From Eledone cirrhosa (taxonomy: Eukaryota), in contig OZ024740.1 of NCBI GenBank assembly GCA_964016885.1, positions 127,720,001-127,784,000 of the forward strand: a stretch of 64,000 nt of DNA, read 5' to 3'. Under the pieces are notes generated by a model that was given only the letters and a program-made list of their open reading frames with translations, ran no database searches and had not been told where the DNA came from. Positions 13,590 through 28,085 of the stretch are shown in pieces. The first letter of the stretch is position 1. Every line of letters starts with the position of its first letter. Position numbers and translations under genes: made by a program.

Positions 13590-13800
13590 GATTTCTAATT
13601 TAAGCACAATGCCAACAATTTCTAAGGAGGAAAACATCGATTAAATTGTCCCCAGTGAATTACTACTACTTTGTTTTATCGAACTCGTAAGGATGAAAGG
13701 TAAAACTAACCTCGTCGGAATTTGAACTCAGAACAGAAAGTGCCGTAACTGTATGCCAAGCACATGGCGTCCGACGCTCAACTGATACTGCAAATCCCTA
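13590..13800 (-). mobile_element. tRNA-derived SINE with Deu/Nin-like core
   Basis: Minus: GAGTTCAAATTCCGACGAGGTTAGTTTTACCTTTCATCCTTACGAGTTCGATAAAACAAAGTA; B-box plus core shared with six other copies in the window. Confidence 0.75.
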
Positions 13801-13819
13801 TAATAATGATAATAATAAC

Positions 13820-13855
<36 letters not shown>

Positions 13856-13895
13856 AATAACAACACACATAAATATTTATATATAATATATACGT

Positions 13896-14116
<221 letters not shown>

Positions 14117-14584
14117 GTATAGGATTATCCTGGATACAGTAATGGTTAATTACTACACTGGACAGAGTTGACGTACGGTGAGAGGTTACTCAACGAGTTA
14201 TGGAAGAATAGTTGAAGAAACTCAGTTCCTGTTCCTTCTGTATTCTAGGGTGAAGATAAAGAATGAATAATAACAGGTAGACATCATAAACAGGTAATTT
14301 CCTCTGTGTGCTTACAAATATTTGCACGGTGGTTATACAGCCTAGTTATGCTATGTCAAATTTATAACTATTTGCAAAACTCAATTATCAAATGCTGTGA
14401 CCACTGTATCATCAGAGCAGAATGGTTAAAATGTACAAAGTAAATAACCTTAAGTGAGGTTATTGAGGAAGATAGAGTAGAAAAGGAAGAGAGATAAGAA
14501 GGGGAGAGGGAGAAATGGGAGAGAGTGGTTTGTAGATATCTTAATCAAAAGGTTGTGGTAGGGGTTTTATTATACTGGTTACTC

Positions 14585-17112
14585 TTAAAGCGACCAGAGT
14601 CGCCTTTCTAGCTTTCCGAAAGCATCACTTGCTTTCCTAATCCTAAGTGAGATTTCACTATCAAGGTTGCTGTATTGATTGACAGTGCTTCCCAGGTAGA
14701 CAAACTGATCAACCACTCCAAGTCGTTTACCATACACATAGATAATTGGTTCAGTGTACTGCTTACCAGAGGCATGTAGGTACATGACGACGGTTTTTCT
14801 TGAGACTGACAGTCAATCCTAGGGCAGTACAAGCGTCAGAAAATGCATTCAAAATGTGCTGCATATCACTCTCTGTGTGCGCTACAAGATCGCAATCATC
14901 TCCATACAAGAGGTCTCTTATGATTGATGTAAATACTTTTGTCTTTGCAGCAAAGCGCCTAATGTTAAATATGCTGCCTGAGGTTCGATATCGGATGTAA
15001 ACACCATGCTCGCAATTCCTGAATGCAATACAGAAAACCATTGTAAAGTATATGGCAAACAGGGTCGGTGCTGGAATATCCCCCTCTTTCACTCCATTTT
15101 TTACTGAGATAGGCTCCGACATGTTACCTCCGACATTAACCCAAGCCTTCATTTCGTCATGGAAAGACCTAACTAAAGCAAGGAACTTATCAGGGCAACC
15201 AAGTTCTGGAGAACCCCCCATAATGCATCTCTGTTAACAGTATCGAAACCTTTTGTCAGATCGACAAAAACCTAATACAGATCCAAACCTTGTTCCATGC
15301 ACTTCTGGAGCTGTCTAGCTGAGAAGATCATATCAGTAGTGCCGTGTCCAGCACGAAAACCAGATTGACTTTCAGGATGAATACAATCTGCCATGGGTGT
15401 CAGCAGACGGTCCAGAAGCACCCTACATAAAACTTTCCCTACGACAGAAAGCAATGATATACCTCTGTAGTTCCCACAATCATTCCTGTTACCCTTTCCC
15501 TTGTACAATACCACCATTACTGCATCTCTCCTGTCCTCAGGTATGGATTCATTAGCCCATATCCTTCCAAACAAAGAGTGAAGATGTTGCAGTAGTCTCT
15601 CACCACCATATTGTAGGAGCTCAGCATGTATGCCATCCATACCTGGAGACCTTCCACTATTCAGCTTCGAGATAGCCACTGCAACCTCCACAAGCGTCGG
15701 AGGTTCTGCGAGAGCTACTCTCACAGGACTTTCTGGAATGAGATTGAGGAAATCTTCACTGATGACAGACGGCTGATTCAAAAGATCATCAAAGTGCTCT
15801 CGCCACCTTCGTAGAATTCCTTTTGAGTCACAAAGAAGTTCTTTGCCATCCTTGCTGCGAAAGCGGTGACACCAGAGAAGAAGACGTTCCATAAACCTCA
15901 CGCAAGAGACTGTAAAACAGCTTTGTGTTATTGGAATCTGACGCAGTTTGTATCTCACCAGCCATCTCACTCCACCGTTGATCCTTCATCTGAGAAAGAC
16001 TCCGCCTAACACGTGATTTTACATCCTTGAGTTCCTCATGCAACATATTCCTCTCCTTTGGTTTTGCCGTCAAGTAGCGTGACAGAGCACGCCTCTTATC
16101 AGCCAACAAGTCTTCTATATATACATCATTCTCATGAAACCAGTCCTGATGTTTTCTCCGCACCAATCCCAGAACACGCCTGCCTACTTCATAAACCGAC
16201 TTTTTAAGGGTCGGCCAATCCTCACCAAGAACTGCAGCCTGCATCTCTTCTTCCAATGTCCTCTTCATATGTTTATCCTTAAGACGAGCAGCATTCAATC
16301 TTTTGGGCATGGCAACACCAGGAGCCCTGATTTTACGTTTAGTGATTAATTTCAGTTTTGCGCTAACCATGCGGTGGTCCGTCCAGCACTCAGCTCCACG
16401 AAGAGCACGAACACACTGCACATCCTGTCTGTCACGCATCCCGACTAGGACGTAGTCCAAAACATGCCATTCCTTAGATGCAGGATGCATCCATGTAGTC
16501 TTGAATTTGTTCTTTTGTTGGAACGTGGTGTTGGTAACACAGATTCAGCTCCCCACACATCTGCAGCAGGAGCATACCATTGTTGTTTTACTTTCCCACC
16601 CCATGCCTTCCGATTACATTCCATGTGTTAAAATCCCTACCCACTCTAGCATTAAAGTCACCAAGCACGATGACTTTGTCTGCCTGAGGGATATTTCTTA
16701 AACACCTTTCAAGGCATGGTAAAAGGACACTTTTTCTTCATCGACAGAATTCATAGTTGGAGCATACACACTCACCAGGGTCGCATATCTTCCTTTGTCC
16801 AGCGGAATTCTCATGGACATAAGATGATCACTAATCCCTACTGGGAATTCTTCTAATTTATTCACAAGAACTGTCTTAACAGCAAATCCTACCCCAGCCT
16901 CTCTTCTGGTTCCTTCATCTCTTCCTTTCCAGAAGAATGTATATTCTCCACAAAATTCTGTAAGATGACCATCTCCAGCTAACTTCGTCTCAAATAAAGC
17001 CACGATGACAAGATCGTAAAGTTGAAGCTCCTTTGCAAAAAGAGCGGTCTTTCGCTCAGGACGCTACAAGGAATCCCTGTCAAGCAGCGTCCGTACGTTC
17101 CAGCAGCCAAGA
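14585..17112 (-). mobile_element. RTE-clade LINE (APE + RT), frameshifted, 3' portion missing
   Basis: LGCWNVRTLLD..PERKTALFAKEL, YTFFWKG, GVGFAV, SVYAPT, WMHP.SK.WHVLDYV, CWTDH, NYRGISLLSVVGK, PESQSGFR, GVKEGDIPAPTLF, LLYGDD, FVYLGS: RTE/BovB-type signature. Confidence 0.92.
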
Positions 17113-17298
17113 CTAAATGCCTTGTCTGGCTCTATTACAATGGCATGATGACGAGCGTGCCCATGCTGTGATAACCTGGGGACCCCTGCCCTTATTGCCA
17201 ATTATCTTTTTTGTTCCAGAACCTAAATTGCCAATTATCTCTTTTATAGTGTTCTGGAACATCATTGAATTGGGGGGAAAAAAAGTAATAATAATAAT

Positions 17299-17331
<33 letters not shown>

Positions 17332-17332
17332 C

Positions 17333-18910
17333 CGACATTTAAACACTCTTATCGAGGATTGGCGAATGTATGGTTACATAACCACCGGTGAATTACTTGT
17401 CTCCGGTGGTTTCGTCACTCCACGTGACTTTTGTGTGGCATTATCACGCTGTAGACGAACCCAAACAAACAAACAAACAAACAGGCAGAAAAAAACCCAA
17501 AAATGAATAGGCATAAGTTTCATTGTAATGTAGTGTTTGAATGTCTGACTTAGTTTTTCCCTTCCCTTCTCTGTCCGTCCGTTTGTTTTTCTCTTCATTT
17601 TTATTTCCTTTACGTTTTTCGTTGTTGCTGTGCTGCTTTGATTTTTATTTTTTTTATTTTTTTTTTATTTTGACCGGGTCATCAATTCAGTCTATTTATA
17701 TATTTTGATGTTTTCCTCTTTTAGTGGGAATTCTACAATGTAGCAGGGGATAGCGGGAGAGAATAGCGGCGGTAGTGATATTGAGGCAGCGGCGGCGGGT
17801 GTGGTGGTGGTGCTGTGCTAGCAGCAACTAGCAGAAGGTAGTGGGAGAGAATAGCGGCGGTAGCGATAGTGAGGAAGCGGTGGTGGTGATGTGGTCGTAT
17901 TACTGTAGTGATGGTGTTGAAGTTGGAGTAGAAATTTGAGTCGACTTGACCAGAGTTTTCATCGTGGTAGTGGTGGTGGTATTGGTGGTGAAATTATCTT
18001 TAGTGAAATTATCGTTAGTCGCGTATATGCGTTGCCATTTACCCATAATATTGGAATTGGAATTAAACATTTTGTTAAAACTAAAACTTGATTTTGATTA
18101 TTGTTTTTTTAATTTTTATTTTGATCGGGTCATCAATTCAGTCTACTTATATATTTCGATGTTTTCCTCTTTTAGTGAGAATTCTACAATGTAGCAATGA
18201 TATTGAGGCAGCGGCGGCGGTGGCGGTGCTGTGCTAGCAGCAACTAGCAGGAGGTAGTGGGAGAGAATAGCGGCGGTAGCGATAGTGAGGCAGTGGTGAT
18301 GTGGTCGTATTACTGTAGTGATGGTGTTGAAGTTGGAGTAGAAATTTGAGTCGACTTGACCAGAGTCTTCATCGTGGTAGTGGAGGTGGTATTGGTGGTG
18401 AAATTATCTTTAGTGAAATTATCGTTAGTCGCGTATATGTGTTGACATTTACCCATAATATTGGATTAAACATTTTGTTAAAACTAAAACTTGAGGCAAT
18501 AGTCATAGTAATTATTATTATTATGCTGAGATTGGTGGTGGTGGTGGTGAAATTGCCGTTATCGGGCTGTTGTGTTTAGTGTACACAGAGGGGTGATGGG
18601 GTAGGTGGTGTATCTAGCTTCCGATGTTGGTGAAATTGCTGTTATTTGGCTGTTCTATATAGTGTAGACAGAGGGGGTTTTCTTCCATTTATAACCATTT
18701 TCTTTTTAAATATAAAATGTATAATACAAAATTGAATATTTGAGCGATATAACAATATATTGTGGATCCGAATTTTTGGGGACTCAAGCTGGATGTTTTA
18801 TGCAACATTTGTACTAAGAATTGTTATTTCACAATTGATTTAAATATGTTAAAAAATCAAAACTTACGGGAGCGATTTCTCGACCTTCTATCCACCATGT
18901 GTGTCTTCTT
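17333..18910 (-). mobile_element. Inverted 5' leader (~1.6 kb) of Dong copy A
   Basis: Reverse complement matches 47700-48927 (leader of copy B); same-strand match to 58300-59500 (leader of copy D); ends at the ORF start ATGTCG. Confidence 0.8.
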
Positions 18911-18916
18911 ATTATT

Positions 18917-21900
18917 AGAGTGTTTAAATGTCGAACCTAAACAGTTCGAATAACTGTGAAATTGAGACTAGAATGTCATGTGACAGTCTCTCACCCAACA
19001 GGTGCTCCCTGGCTCAGCAGCAGGGACCTGGCTGTCAACCAAATACTGCTGGTGTCGGAGAAAGAGGAAGAAGGAAAGGGACCAGAACCAACTGGACGAA
19101 AGAATTGAATAGAACTGTTATGCAATGTTACCTGAATAATAACCCCAAGGAGAAAGGCTATAGGAAAAGGATGCATAACATCTGGAACGAGATTGGTCCA
19201 TTTAAATTAGATGAACAAAAACTGGCCGGGTAGGCTCGGGTAATAAGAACTAATGGGTGGATAAGCGAGCTGGTACTGGAGGAACTGGGCAGAGAGATTA
19301 GCTTGGAGATGGAGGGTGGAGTATGCCAGGAAAACGAGCCAGTGGGAAATGAAGGTGAAGAGGTCGAGAGAACGGAAGAACCACCCGAAATAGACAATGA
19401 TAAATAATACCTGGAACAGAGATACGGCCATTGAGGAGATGAATGCTGACGGGCTAGGACAAGATTTGGTAGATATCCTAAACTTAGTGGTAGATGAATT
19501 GAATAATGATAGTGGGAGACCTATGAACCTAAGATTTGTAGACAGGAAAAGGTTAAAAGAAACAACAGCTAAGGTAAACAAATTCATCCCATACCTTGAG
19601 GCGAGGAGTCTTCACCAGTGCAACAATATCCTCAAAGCAACAGCAAATACGGTGAAGAAACTACTTGGTATAAAAGCGAGAGGAAACAACAGACAAGAAA
19701 GAGCAGAGCCTTGGTGGAAGAAACGACTGAGTGGTCAAATCAGGGAAATGAGAAATGACATTGGCAAGCTTGAGTCCCTACTGAATGGGACACTAAAAAA
19801 CATAGACACTAAAATTAGACTGGAAATAAAGTACAAAACTAGGAGGAAAAAGCTAAATATTATCACAGAGGAACTGAAGCAACGCATTGTAGCAAAGAGT
19901 GCAAAAATCGGGCGATACGAGAACAGAGTCAGCCAGTATAGATAGAACCGCATGTTCGACAACAACCAGAAGATGCTGTTTGGACAGCTTGAAGGGAAAG
20001 AAAGAGGCAACGACTTGATCCCTGAGGCGGAACAAACTAAAACATTCTGGAGAGGAATATGGGAGCAGGATGTTAAACATAATGATCACGCAGTGTGGAT
20101 TGAGACAGTACAGAAGGAGATCAGTGAACAGGCACGCCAACAAACTGATTTGAGCATCACAGTTGAAACTCTTAAGGGGCAGGCTAAAAAACTAACCAAC
20201 TGGAAATCGCCTGGCCCAGATGGTGTGCAGGGGTATTGGATTAAAAACATAACCCTCCACCCGAAACTGACAACCATGTTCAATGACTGCTTGATGTCAG
20301 GTGAGGTACCAGAGTGGTTGACAAAAGGTACCACAGTTCTGATAATGAAAGACCGAATCAAGGGTAATGATGTTACCAACTATAGACCTATCACATATCT
20401 GTGCGTAATGTGGAAACTGTTGACAAGCATTATGTCTGAGGAAATCTACCATCACCTCCACACAAACAACTTGTTACCGGACGAACAGAAAGGATGCCGA
20501 AAGAAGTCACGTGGTACAAAGGACCAGTTACTTATTGATAAGATGGTAATGAGGAATTGCAAGAGGAGACACACTGGTCTTGCCATGGGATGGATAGACT
20601 ACAAAAAGGCATTTGACATGGTGCCTCATTCTTGGATCACCAAAAGGCTGGAGATCTTCAAGGTGGCAGATAACATCAGACAGTTGTTGGGCAAAAGTAT
20701 GAAGTCCTGAGAAACAGAGTTAACATCAACCGGAGAATCATTGGGAAGCGTGAAGATCCAGAGAGGTATCTTCCAGGGAGATAGTCTGTCCCCTCTGTTG
20801 TTTGTCATTGCCCTGATGCCCCTGACCAGTGTACTGCGAAAAGTGAGAGCAGGATACATGTGGGGAAAGGGAGGGCTTACCATCAATCACCTCCTCTTCA
20901 TGGACGATCTTAAGCTCTTCGGGAAGAGTGAGAAGGAGGTGAATGTGCTTGTTGACACTGTCTGTATTTTCACCAATGATATATGTATGCAATTTGGTAT
21001 TAGTAAGTGTGGAGTCATTGTGATGAGGATGGGTAAGTTGAGCAGAAGTAACGGAATCCAGATACCAACAGGTGAGATGATAAAAGAAATTGACTCTGAA
21101 GAAGGATACAAGTATTTGGGCGTTCTGGAGGCTGATGACATCAAGAACAAAAAAATGAAGGAATTGATAAGAACTGAATACCTTCGGAGAGTAAGGAGCG
21201 TATTAAAGTCACATCTGAACAGTAGGAATGCCATAAGTGCAGTAAATTCCCGAGATGTGTCTATTATTAGGTACAGTGCGGGAATTCTGAGATGGAATGT
21301 TGCTGAACAAAAAGAAATGGATAGGAAGACTAGGAAGCTATTGACTATCTACAATATGTTCCACAAGAGGAGTGATGTCGATAGACTCTACTTAAGGAGA
21401 TCTGAGGGTGGAAGAGGTCTTATCCGCATAGAGGACTGTGTTCAGATGGAGAAAGATAACCTACACAAATACGTGACTGATAGTAAGGAGCCAATGCTCA
21501 GAGCTGTACTGAAGGAGGGGACAATAGGCCAGGGGATGTCCAAGGAGGAAATAACATCAAGGAGAAAGAGCAGCTTTCAGGAAAAATCCCTTCATAGTAC
21601 CTTCTTTGAGAAAACTGAATTTAGAGATCCACAGACATGGAACTGGTTGAAAAGAGGAGACCTTAAAAAGGCTACAGAAGGAATGTTAATGGGTGCGCAG
21701 GAGCAGGCACTCAAAACGAAGTGGTTGAGACACCACATTTACAAGGGGGAGGCTAGCCCACTGTGCAGGATCTGTAGAGAGAGAGAGGAGACTGTGGCTC
21801 ACATTGTATCCGAGTGGTAACACCTAGCCCAGACTCACTATAAGGGCTGGAGACATGATGTGATGGGCAGGGTGATCCACTGGCACCTATGCAAAGTAAA

Positions 21901-22411
21901 CAATTACCACATTCTGAGAAGTGGTATGAGCATAAGCCAGAGGCGGTGATAGAAAACGATCAAGTGAAGGTGCTGTGGGATTTTAGGATACAGACGGACA
22001 AGAAACTGGAACACAATAGACCTGACCTGGTGGTTTTGGACAAAGAAAAAAGATCGTGGCTGATTGTGGATGTGGCCTGCCCATTCGACACGAGAGTGCA
22101 AGAGAAGGAGAGGGCGAAAATTAACCGATACCAGGACTTAAAGTGGGAGGTAAAAAGGATTTGGAACTGCCATGAAGTCAAAGTGATCCCGATTGTCATA
22201 GGCGCACTAGGGACTATCTCAAAACGTTTCCAGGGATGGTTAAAGAAAATTGGCCCCTTCACGCTTTTTGGAACGCTTCAAAAGGCATGCTTGCTGGGAA
22301 CAGCAAGAACCCTCCGATACGTCCTGAATATCTGAGGCTGCAGGTAGTGGCTTGATATTCATCTCAACAAACTTTCCAATTAACTAACATCAATGACTGA
22401 GACTCAAAGAG
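18917..22411 (+). mobile_element. R4/Dong-clade non-LTR retrotransposon, copy A (RT + CCHC + restriction-like endonuclease), several stops
   Basis: [94 protein letters not shown]; 3' end runs into (TAA)n. Confidence 0.93.
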
Positions 22412-22474
22412 TAATAACAATAATAATAATAATAATAATAATAATACACTATTAATAATTATTGATGCAATCGT

Positions 22475-22705
22475 GCAATGCCTGTGCGTGACGAATGTTT
22501 TTAAAGTGAGGAAAGACTGTGCACTGAGCCAATCCCACTCTCTGAGCGAGAGTAGCTATAACCCGAAAAGAAGAAAAGATCAACATCATCGGTAACTACT
22601 GAGCCGCAGGTTTTATGTCGGAGTTAACCCAGTTTCCTGAGATGCCTTCTCCTAGAAGAATGCCCTGACAAGGGCTAGGGGTTCTTCACTCCCAGTGGTT
22701 TAACT
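22475..22705. repeat. Dispersed repeat, diverged second copy at 30757-30965 (possibly RTE-related UTR or SINE)
   Basis: Shared blocks CAATGCCTGTGC, AGTGAGGAAA, GCCA.TCCCACTCTCT, AAAAGAAGAA..TCAACATCAT, CCTTCTCCTAGAA..TGACAA.GGCTA.GGG. Confidence 0.6.
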
Positions 22706-22984
22706 GCGCGATCGGGCATCCAGCCCGATTATTTCTGTCCCCGCGCAAAAAAAAAAATTACTTATTGACACTTATACGTACGACATACACACACACGCAT
22801 ACATACGCGCGCACACAGCAACACTCACACAGACAAACAAACACACACACGCTACTCACTTACACACACACATATATATATATATTACCGTCATTACTGA
22901 TACAAGATTACAAGATGATGTCAACTGTTGACTTTCAAGAGTTCCTATAGTTGAAGCCGTTTGTATTATTATAATTGCTTTACA

Positions 22985-23135
22985 GCATAGAGCTATGGCT
23001 CTCCACGCTCTGAGCTTAAATCCCGCCGAGGTCAACCTTACCTTTCATCCCCACGGAGTCAACAAAACAGAGTACCAGTAATGCGCTGGACCTTCGCTGG
23101 ATCCGTGCCAAAAGCAGAAAAAGTATTATTATTAA
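22985..23135 (+). mobile_element. SINE fragment (Deu/Nin-like core)
   Basis: AAATCCCGCCGAGGTCAACCTTACCTTTCATCCCCACGGAGTCAACAAAACAGAGTACCAGT, ATT tail. Confidence 0.7.
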
Positions 23136-23989
23136 AGTTTTCTTAAGGCCCGGTCGCTGGTGATGGTGATGGCGGCGGTGCTGGTGGTGGTGGTGGTGGC
23201 AGTTTATGTTGTGTTGTTTGCGTGTGTGTGTGTTTTGTTGTTTTGAGTTTTTTTGTTTATTTGTTGTTGTTGTTTTTTTATCGTTTGCTGCCGCTGTTGT
23301 TGTTGTTGTAAACATTAGTGCCGGTGTTGTTGTAGATGTTGGCGTTGAAATATATATATACACACTCACACACATGTAGATGTTGGGGTTGAAATATATA
23401 TATATACACACACACACATATATATACACACACTTACCCACCCACACCACACACCTACTCAGACGTAGCTAAACGTTCATACTCACACACATAGACATAA
23501 AAATATATATATATATTCATATATACACACATATATACATATACACACACCACAGCACCAACCCACGTATATATATATATATACATACACATCTACACAC
23601 ACACGCATATATATATACCCACGCACAGGTCCACACATAAACACACGCGAATATAAAGACAATATGATAATAAAATAAAATAAATAAATAAATTTACAAT
23701 ATTTTAGGGTAAATTAAAATCTGTATGTACCTGCATAAATAGGTGCAAGAAAAAAGGGGGTAAAATAAAGGAACGGATAAAATAAAAAACGGGGGGGGGG
23801 GGTACAGGAGAAAGTGCGTGCGTCCATGCCATATATTACACACAGGTATTATGAGATGCAAACTTATGTCCGTGTATAGAACAGGTAACAGTAAGAGAAC
23901 AATAATAGAACAATAATCACTGTTCCAAAGTGGAACAGGTGGAGAGTATATAGTCACGTTTGACGGGGTACACATTCAATGTGCCGCCC

Positions 23990-26640
23990 GTCCCGGTCTT
24001 CATGGGACATGGCACCCTGTCTGGGGTGTTCTGTTCTATATGTTTAGTGCACAGATCCGGGCGGCAGTGGGCCCCGTGTCAGCCAGTCCCGGCCCATGCG
24101 GTGTATCTTCCAATGTTGTGTGCCCGGTTACGTGCGAGCCTGGTTTACATATGATTGGCCAACGGGTCGGACAACGTCATCATGGTGTGGCGTCAGGTAC
24201 CTGAATCCCGTTGGGCCAATCGGGACTGTGCGTACTCGTTCTCATGACCCCTGCCTGCGTCACGCGGCGGATTCCATGCTGCAAATTTGCATCTTCTCTG
24301 CTGTCTGCATGTCATGATAATTTCAGACTTCAAGTTGACGGCGTCATCCTTCAGTCTGACTATCTCCATGGCCTCGTGTATGCACAATCGACACTTTCTA
24401 CTTCCGGCCGAATATGCCCTCGCGTGGCAAACGATACTCCATTCCAGGGCGTACGGTGTGCCGTGGTCTTTCAGGTCCCACACGAGGTCCGCTAACCTAG
24501 TGTAGTGCCTTTTGCTACGGTCCCTGAAGGAATTCGTGTGGTTATACATCCGCGATTTAAAGGTCGTGGATGTTGTGCCGATGTAGGTTCGATGCACGTT
24601 TTGGGTTGTAACCACACACTTGTATATTAAGTCTTTATTCAAGCATTTTCCCTGTATGGGGCACCGGGTGCCCGCTCTACAGTTTCAAGTTCTGCTGTCA
24701 GTTCTTGTGCGTGCGATGTTCGGGCCCCGATCTGTTATGGCCCTCTCAAGGTTCTCAGGGTGTTCTACCGCCGACACTGTTGTCTCCCCCATGCGACTAT
24801 TTACCTCTCGGTGTTGGACCATATCGCCCTCCGCGGGCGCTCTGGTCGCCTCGGGGGCCGGGTTGTCATTTGAGGGCAGGTCCCTGAGTGGTTCTCCGCG
24901 CTCCGCGATACGGTCACTTTGTCGCATCGGTTGACGGCCAGTGTGCGCCATCTTCACCGCGTTAGTTTTAGCCATGTAGTCGGCCATATTCGGCGTCGTA
25001 GAGAAGGAAAATTTTACCGTGTGGCGGTTGAAGATTTTGTGGCACTTGTTTGTGATCGGAAAGCACTCATCCAGCGCTCGGAAGAAAAGTCCTGGCACGT
25101 TGGTGCGTACATGTTTGGAGTAGGGCACATTGAACCATGTAACAAGCCTTAGATCTGATCCTTCGTGTGCGTGGATTCTTGATGGTGTGTCCAGGGCTCA
25201 ATGTCCGCCCAGTGCTCGGCCCAACGACAATTTCGTCCGGTGTGTTGTCCCTGTCTATTTGCCCGCTACGTTTGTTGTGGTTATGCTCTACAGTTATACA
25301 TTTACGTCGTTCTATGTGGTCATCTATACGTCTATTCCCCTTAGGTCTATGTGATGCTATTGTCGGTGCTGTAGCACTAGAACCAGGCTGGTCGTGCTCC
25401 GTGGCGTGTGCCCCGTTCCTATTTGTCGAAGTCCTGCCGAAGGTCCCAGTTGCCGCGGAGTATGCAATGTGCGTGCCAGACCCATGTCTCCGCGTACTAG
25501 GTGGTCTGGCTCCTATGGGTGCCTTAGACCTACCTCGGGTCGGTCCTGTGTCATTAATGCTAGTAGTGTTGTTATATGTGTTCCTGACTACTGCTACCGG
25601 GTCAATTCTTCTACCTAAGGAGGCGCCCTCGCTATTGGCATTTCTGCACGCCTTATCACTAAGCTCCACTCTATCCGGGGTATATATTATGGTGCCTTTG
25701 TAACCGGCCCTGCGCAGTGCCTAATTATAATATTTGCCGTGCTGTTAAAACACTTCTGCGTTCGACGACAGGGTGGATACGCGTTTAGATACCCCTTTAA
25801 CTATGGCTTCTATTGCCTGTTTATATATTACAGGTTTTCGTTTGGCTTATGGTACTGTCTGTGGATGCCCGTATTTATTTCCAAGGTAACGTCCAGGAAA
25901 TTGACCGACTTAGTGCTAGTGTCAATTGTCACGGATAAGCCGTGTTGTTTAAAAACATTCGATATGCGCTACCTCATGCGCTCCATCTGACTGAGGTTAA
26001 GGGAACGGAAGGTGAAAAGTGCGTCGTCTCTGTATATTCCACCTCCGATCCCCGGGATCTCCCCCGTCAGCCTATGTATGAGATATATCTCCACCAGGTC
26101 GGTCACCTGCGCCGAGTCACTTGACCCCATGGTGATATCGAAACAGTCGGGTATGTTCCTCCTCTCCCATAACTTGTCTTCGAAACTAATTAGCGTCTTT
26201 CTGGCTGCTACTATGAGGTTTATCTCGTCCCTGGTGAGGCTAGATCTGGCCATGGCGCTTACTAGGGCCTTATTTACTAGTATCGTAGATACTGACGCGT
26301 AATAGCTATCTATGTCTAACTGAATAAAATTTACTTGGTGTTTGTCATCTATTACTGAGAACCAGTCAATTACCTCCTCAGTGGAGGCCCATAGGCTAAG
26401 CTTAGTTTTGTTTCTAAGTACCGGTATTATCCTATCTATAATATTCTTGCTGGACCTTCCTATGTCGGATTTGGAGGGTGCTATTAACCTAACCGGTAGT
26501 TTAGTTTTAAAGTCTAATTTTTGGTCCTTAATAGATATCCGTGGTTTTCTAGGTACGTATACCTCGGTCCTATTCTCTAGTCTTAGCCCCGTCAGTATAC
26601 TTTTTTGCCGTGGCGTTAATACTAACTAAATTTGTCTGTC
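23990..26640 (-). mobile_element. Penelope-like element (RT + C-terminal GIY-YIG), related to the 545-2285 family, disrupted
   Basis: VRLIAPSKSDIGRSSK, QLDIDSYYASV, DITMGSSDSAQVTDLV, GIYRDDAL, VNFLDVTL, WFNVPYS, KIFNRHTVKFSFS, C...CP..GKCL, LIYKC..YIGTT..FKSRMYNH..CRLC. Confidence 0.9.
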
Positions 26641-26667
26641 CTGTGGTCCTATAGTTTTTCATAATCG

Positions 26668-27262
<595 letters not shown>

Positions 27263-27507
27263 TGCACTGCCTATGATCAGCAATGGCATGTACAAAACGA
27301 TGCTTGTACTTGAACTTTTTCTAAATAAGGAAACGTTTTGGACGGTGCAAATACCACTCTCTGAACATCGAATGCAAGTACCCAAAAAGTAGAACTGGTC
27401 TACATCATTAGATGCAAACGGATTTGCAGCTTTTATATCAATGGGATCTTCCTGTAAAGATATGTCTTAATGAAGACGAAGATTCTCTCGCTCTACAATA
27501 TATATTC

Positions 27508-27595
<88 letters not shown>

Positions 27596-27616
27596 GGTTA
27601 CACAACAGTTAGTTTA

Positions 27617-27666
27617 CCATACCGCGAACAATTGTTTCACCTTAGCGGATCCTCAGCTCGTAATGG
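27617..27666 (-). ncRNA. Minimal type I hammerhead ribozyme
   Basis: Minus: CCATTACGAG-CTGAGGA-TCCGCTAAGGT-GAAA-CAATTG-TT-CGCGGTATGG. Confidence 0.7.
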
Positions 27667-28035
27667 GCATGATTATACGGAACAGGAAGGACAACCGTAC
27701 GAACGCGCATGCGCAGAAACCGTCACTTCACACAGCCAATACTAAAAAGCGTGCGAGAGATGTAAGGGAGATAACTGCGAAAGTCCGAACAGTTTCTAGT
27801 TGATAAGAAAATTAGGATGTTGTTGTGATTCAATCCAGAGCTTTGTAGTTATGTACCTACAAAGCTCCGGATTGAATCACAACATCCTAATTTTCTTATC
27901 AACTAGAAACTTTTCGGACTTTCGCAGTTATCTCCCTTACACCTCTCGCACGCTTTTTACTATTGGCTGTGTGAAGTGACGGTTTCTGCGCATGCGCGTT
28001 AGTACGGTTGTCCTTCCTGTTCCGTATAACCATGT

Positions 28036-28085
28036 CCATTACGAGCTGAGGATCCGCTAAGGTGAAACAATTGTTCTTGGTATGG
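28036..28085 (+). ncRNA. Minimal type I hammerhead ribozyme
   Basis: CCATTACGAG-CTGAGGA-TCCGCTAAGGT-GAAA-CAATTG-TT-CTTGGTATGG. Confidence 0.7.

Noticed and set aside
18840-18910. Expected HDV-like ribozyme at the Dong 5' end
   Set aside because: I could not identify the nested double-pseudoknot pairings by eye; needs a descriptor search.
19158-22262. Antisense ORFs recurring in all Dong copies
   Set aside because: Shadow frames of the sense ORF; recurrence only reflects copy similarity.
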